Assembly: GCA_008632985.1 (NCBI GenBank)
Contig: QPGO01000017.1
Location: forward strand, 620,001-684,000
Length of the DNA stretch: 64,000 bases
Direction of reading: 5' to 3'
Source of the DNA: Psammoneis japonica
Lineage: Eukaryota
A model generated the notes under the pieces. It did no database searches and was not told the origin of the DNA. It saw nothing but the letters and a program-made list of their open reading frames with translations. Shown one piece after another: positions 63,060 through 64,000 of this stretch. Position numbers and translations under genes: made by a program. Every line of letters starts with the position of its first letter. Within the stretch, counting starts at the first letter, position 1.

Positions 63060-64000
63060 TGAGTTCAGCCTCAGCCTGTCACCTCAGTGAGGACTTCCTT
63101 GACTCCGCATCATGGCCATGCATTGCCACATTGTGTTCCTCCCACAACTCCCACCAGGATTTCCAAATGTGAGTGCCAATCTGCCCTGACCACACTGGCA
63201 GGGCATTGGCTTCACATTGGCATTGGTCTGGAAGGCCAGATTGATTGTTTGAGATGTGTCTCTTGACAAGCATTCGAAGGTTTGAAAAATCTCCCATTGA
63301 AAATTTGGCGCCATCCAACAGAGTTCTGATCTCACCACAGAGGTCAAAGCATGGGCACAATGTCCATGTCACATGACATCACATTCTGAAACCAGGCCTC
63401 AAGTGCTTGCAAAAGGAAATCTTGCAAGGGAGGCATTGCATCAATCTCATCACAGCATTTGCAGAGACCGTGCAGAAATTTGCAATGCCAGGGCTTGTCA
63501 TCTGGACACCGGAGAATGTGGTCTTGATCCTCCATTGGGTGTTCACATGCCAGACAGTGGTCAGGCCACATGAAATTGCACCAGCAGCCAGCAATTTCAT
63601 TTGCAGGAAGAAGGCAATGAATGAGCTTGATGGTGGTGTTGCTTTGAGAAGCAACAGACAAGAGTGGCATGGACCGCCCAGTCAATCTCATCTGTGACAG
63701 ACTCATCCCAGTCATTGTGCTCCCAGATGTAATCCAGCATGGCAGGGGGGGGGCTGTGGCTGTGCAATGAATTACAGGCTTGCATCCAGCTGTGACTGTG
63801 CCACCCAACAGGTTCAAGCATGTCTGACAATGTGGAAGTGGGGTGACGGTCTTTGTGTCAAAGGTTCATTGTCCCTGAAATTGACCAGCCAATTTGGCAT
63901 TGAGCAGAAGAGAAGAAGCAGGCGTGACTTTGTCTTGATGTCCTTTAACCCACTTGGCAATTGGAGCCTTTGCTGGAGTTGACAAGTCCAGGAGAGTGTC
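63060..64000 (-). mobile_element. Non-LTR retrotransposon (LINE) ORF2 C-terminal remnant
   Basis: EIDW; CLACEHPMEDQDHILRC zinc finger; WWELWEEHN..HG. Confidence 0.7.

Noticed and set aside
1..64000. Hundreds of 60-300 aa ORFs in all six frames
   Set aside because: Explained by loss of TAA/TAG through TpA depletion; they are overlapping, Cys/His-rich, and mostly antisense or off-frame to TE genes.

Overview
Eukaryotic, transposon-dense window, probably from a diatom or other stramenopile (inferred from CoDi-like Copia proteins and short GT-AG introns). It holds two Ty1/Copia families: a complete 7.2-kb copy with TSD, a three-LTR array on the minus strand, a young second-family copy with an assembly gap, and older relics. 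It also holds a DIRS-type tyrosine-recombinase retroelement, Gypsy, LINE and PIF/Harbinger remnants, several MITEs, and a ~4-kb segmental duplication carrying a spliced orphan gene. The main observation is a RIP-like but chemically opposite mutational process. In TE DNA, TpA has been converted to TpG or CpA on both strands after insertion: conserved Tyr becomes Cys in one copy and His in the sister copy, and LTR pairs differ almost only at such sites. CpG decay follows more slowly, while the two gene islands keep normal TpA. Loss of TAA/TAG stops explains the dense, mostly spurious six-frame ORF track.
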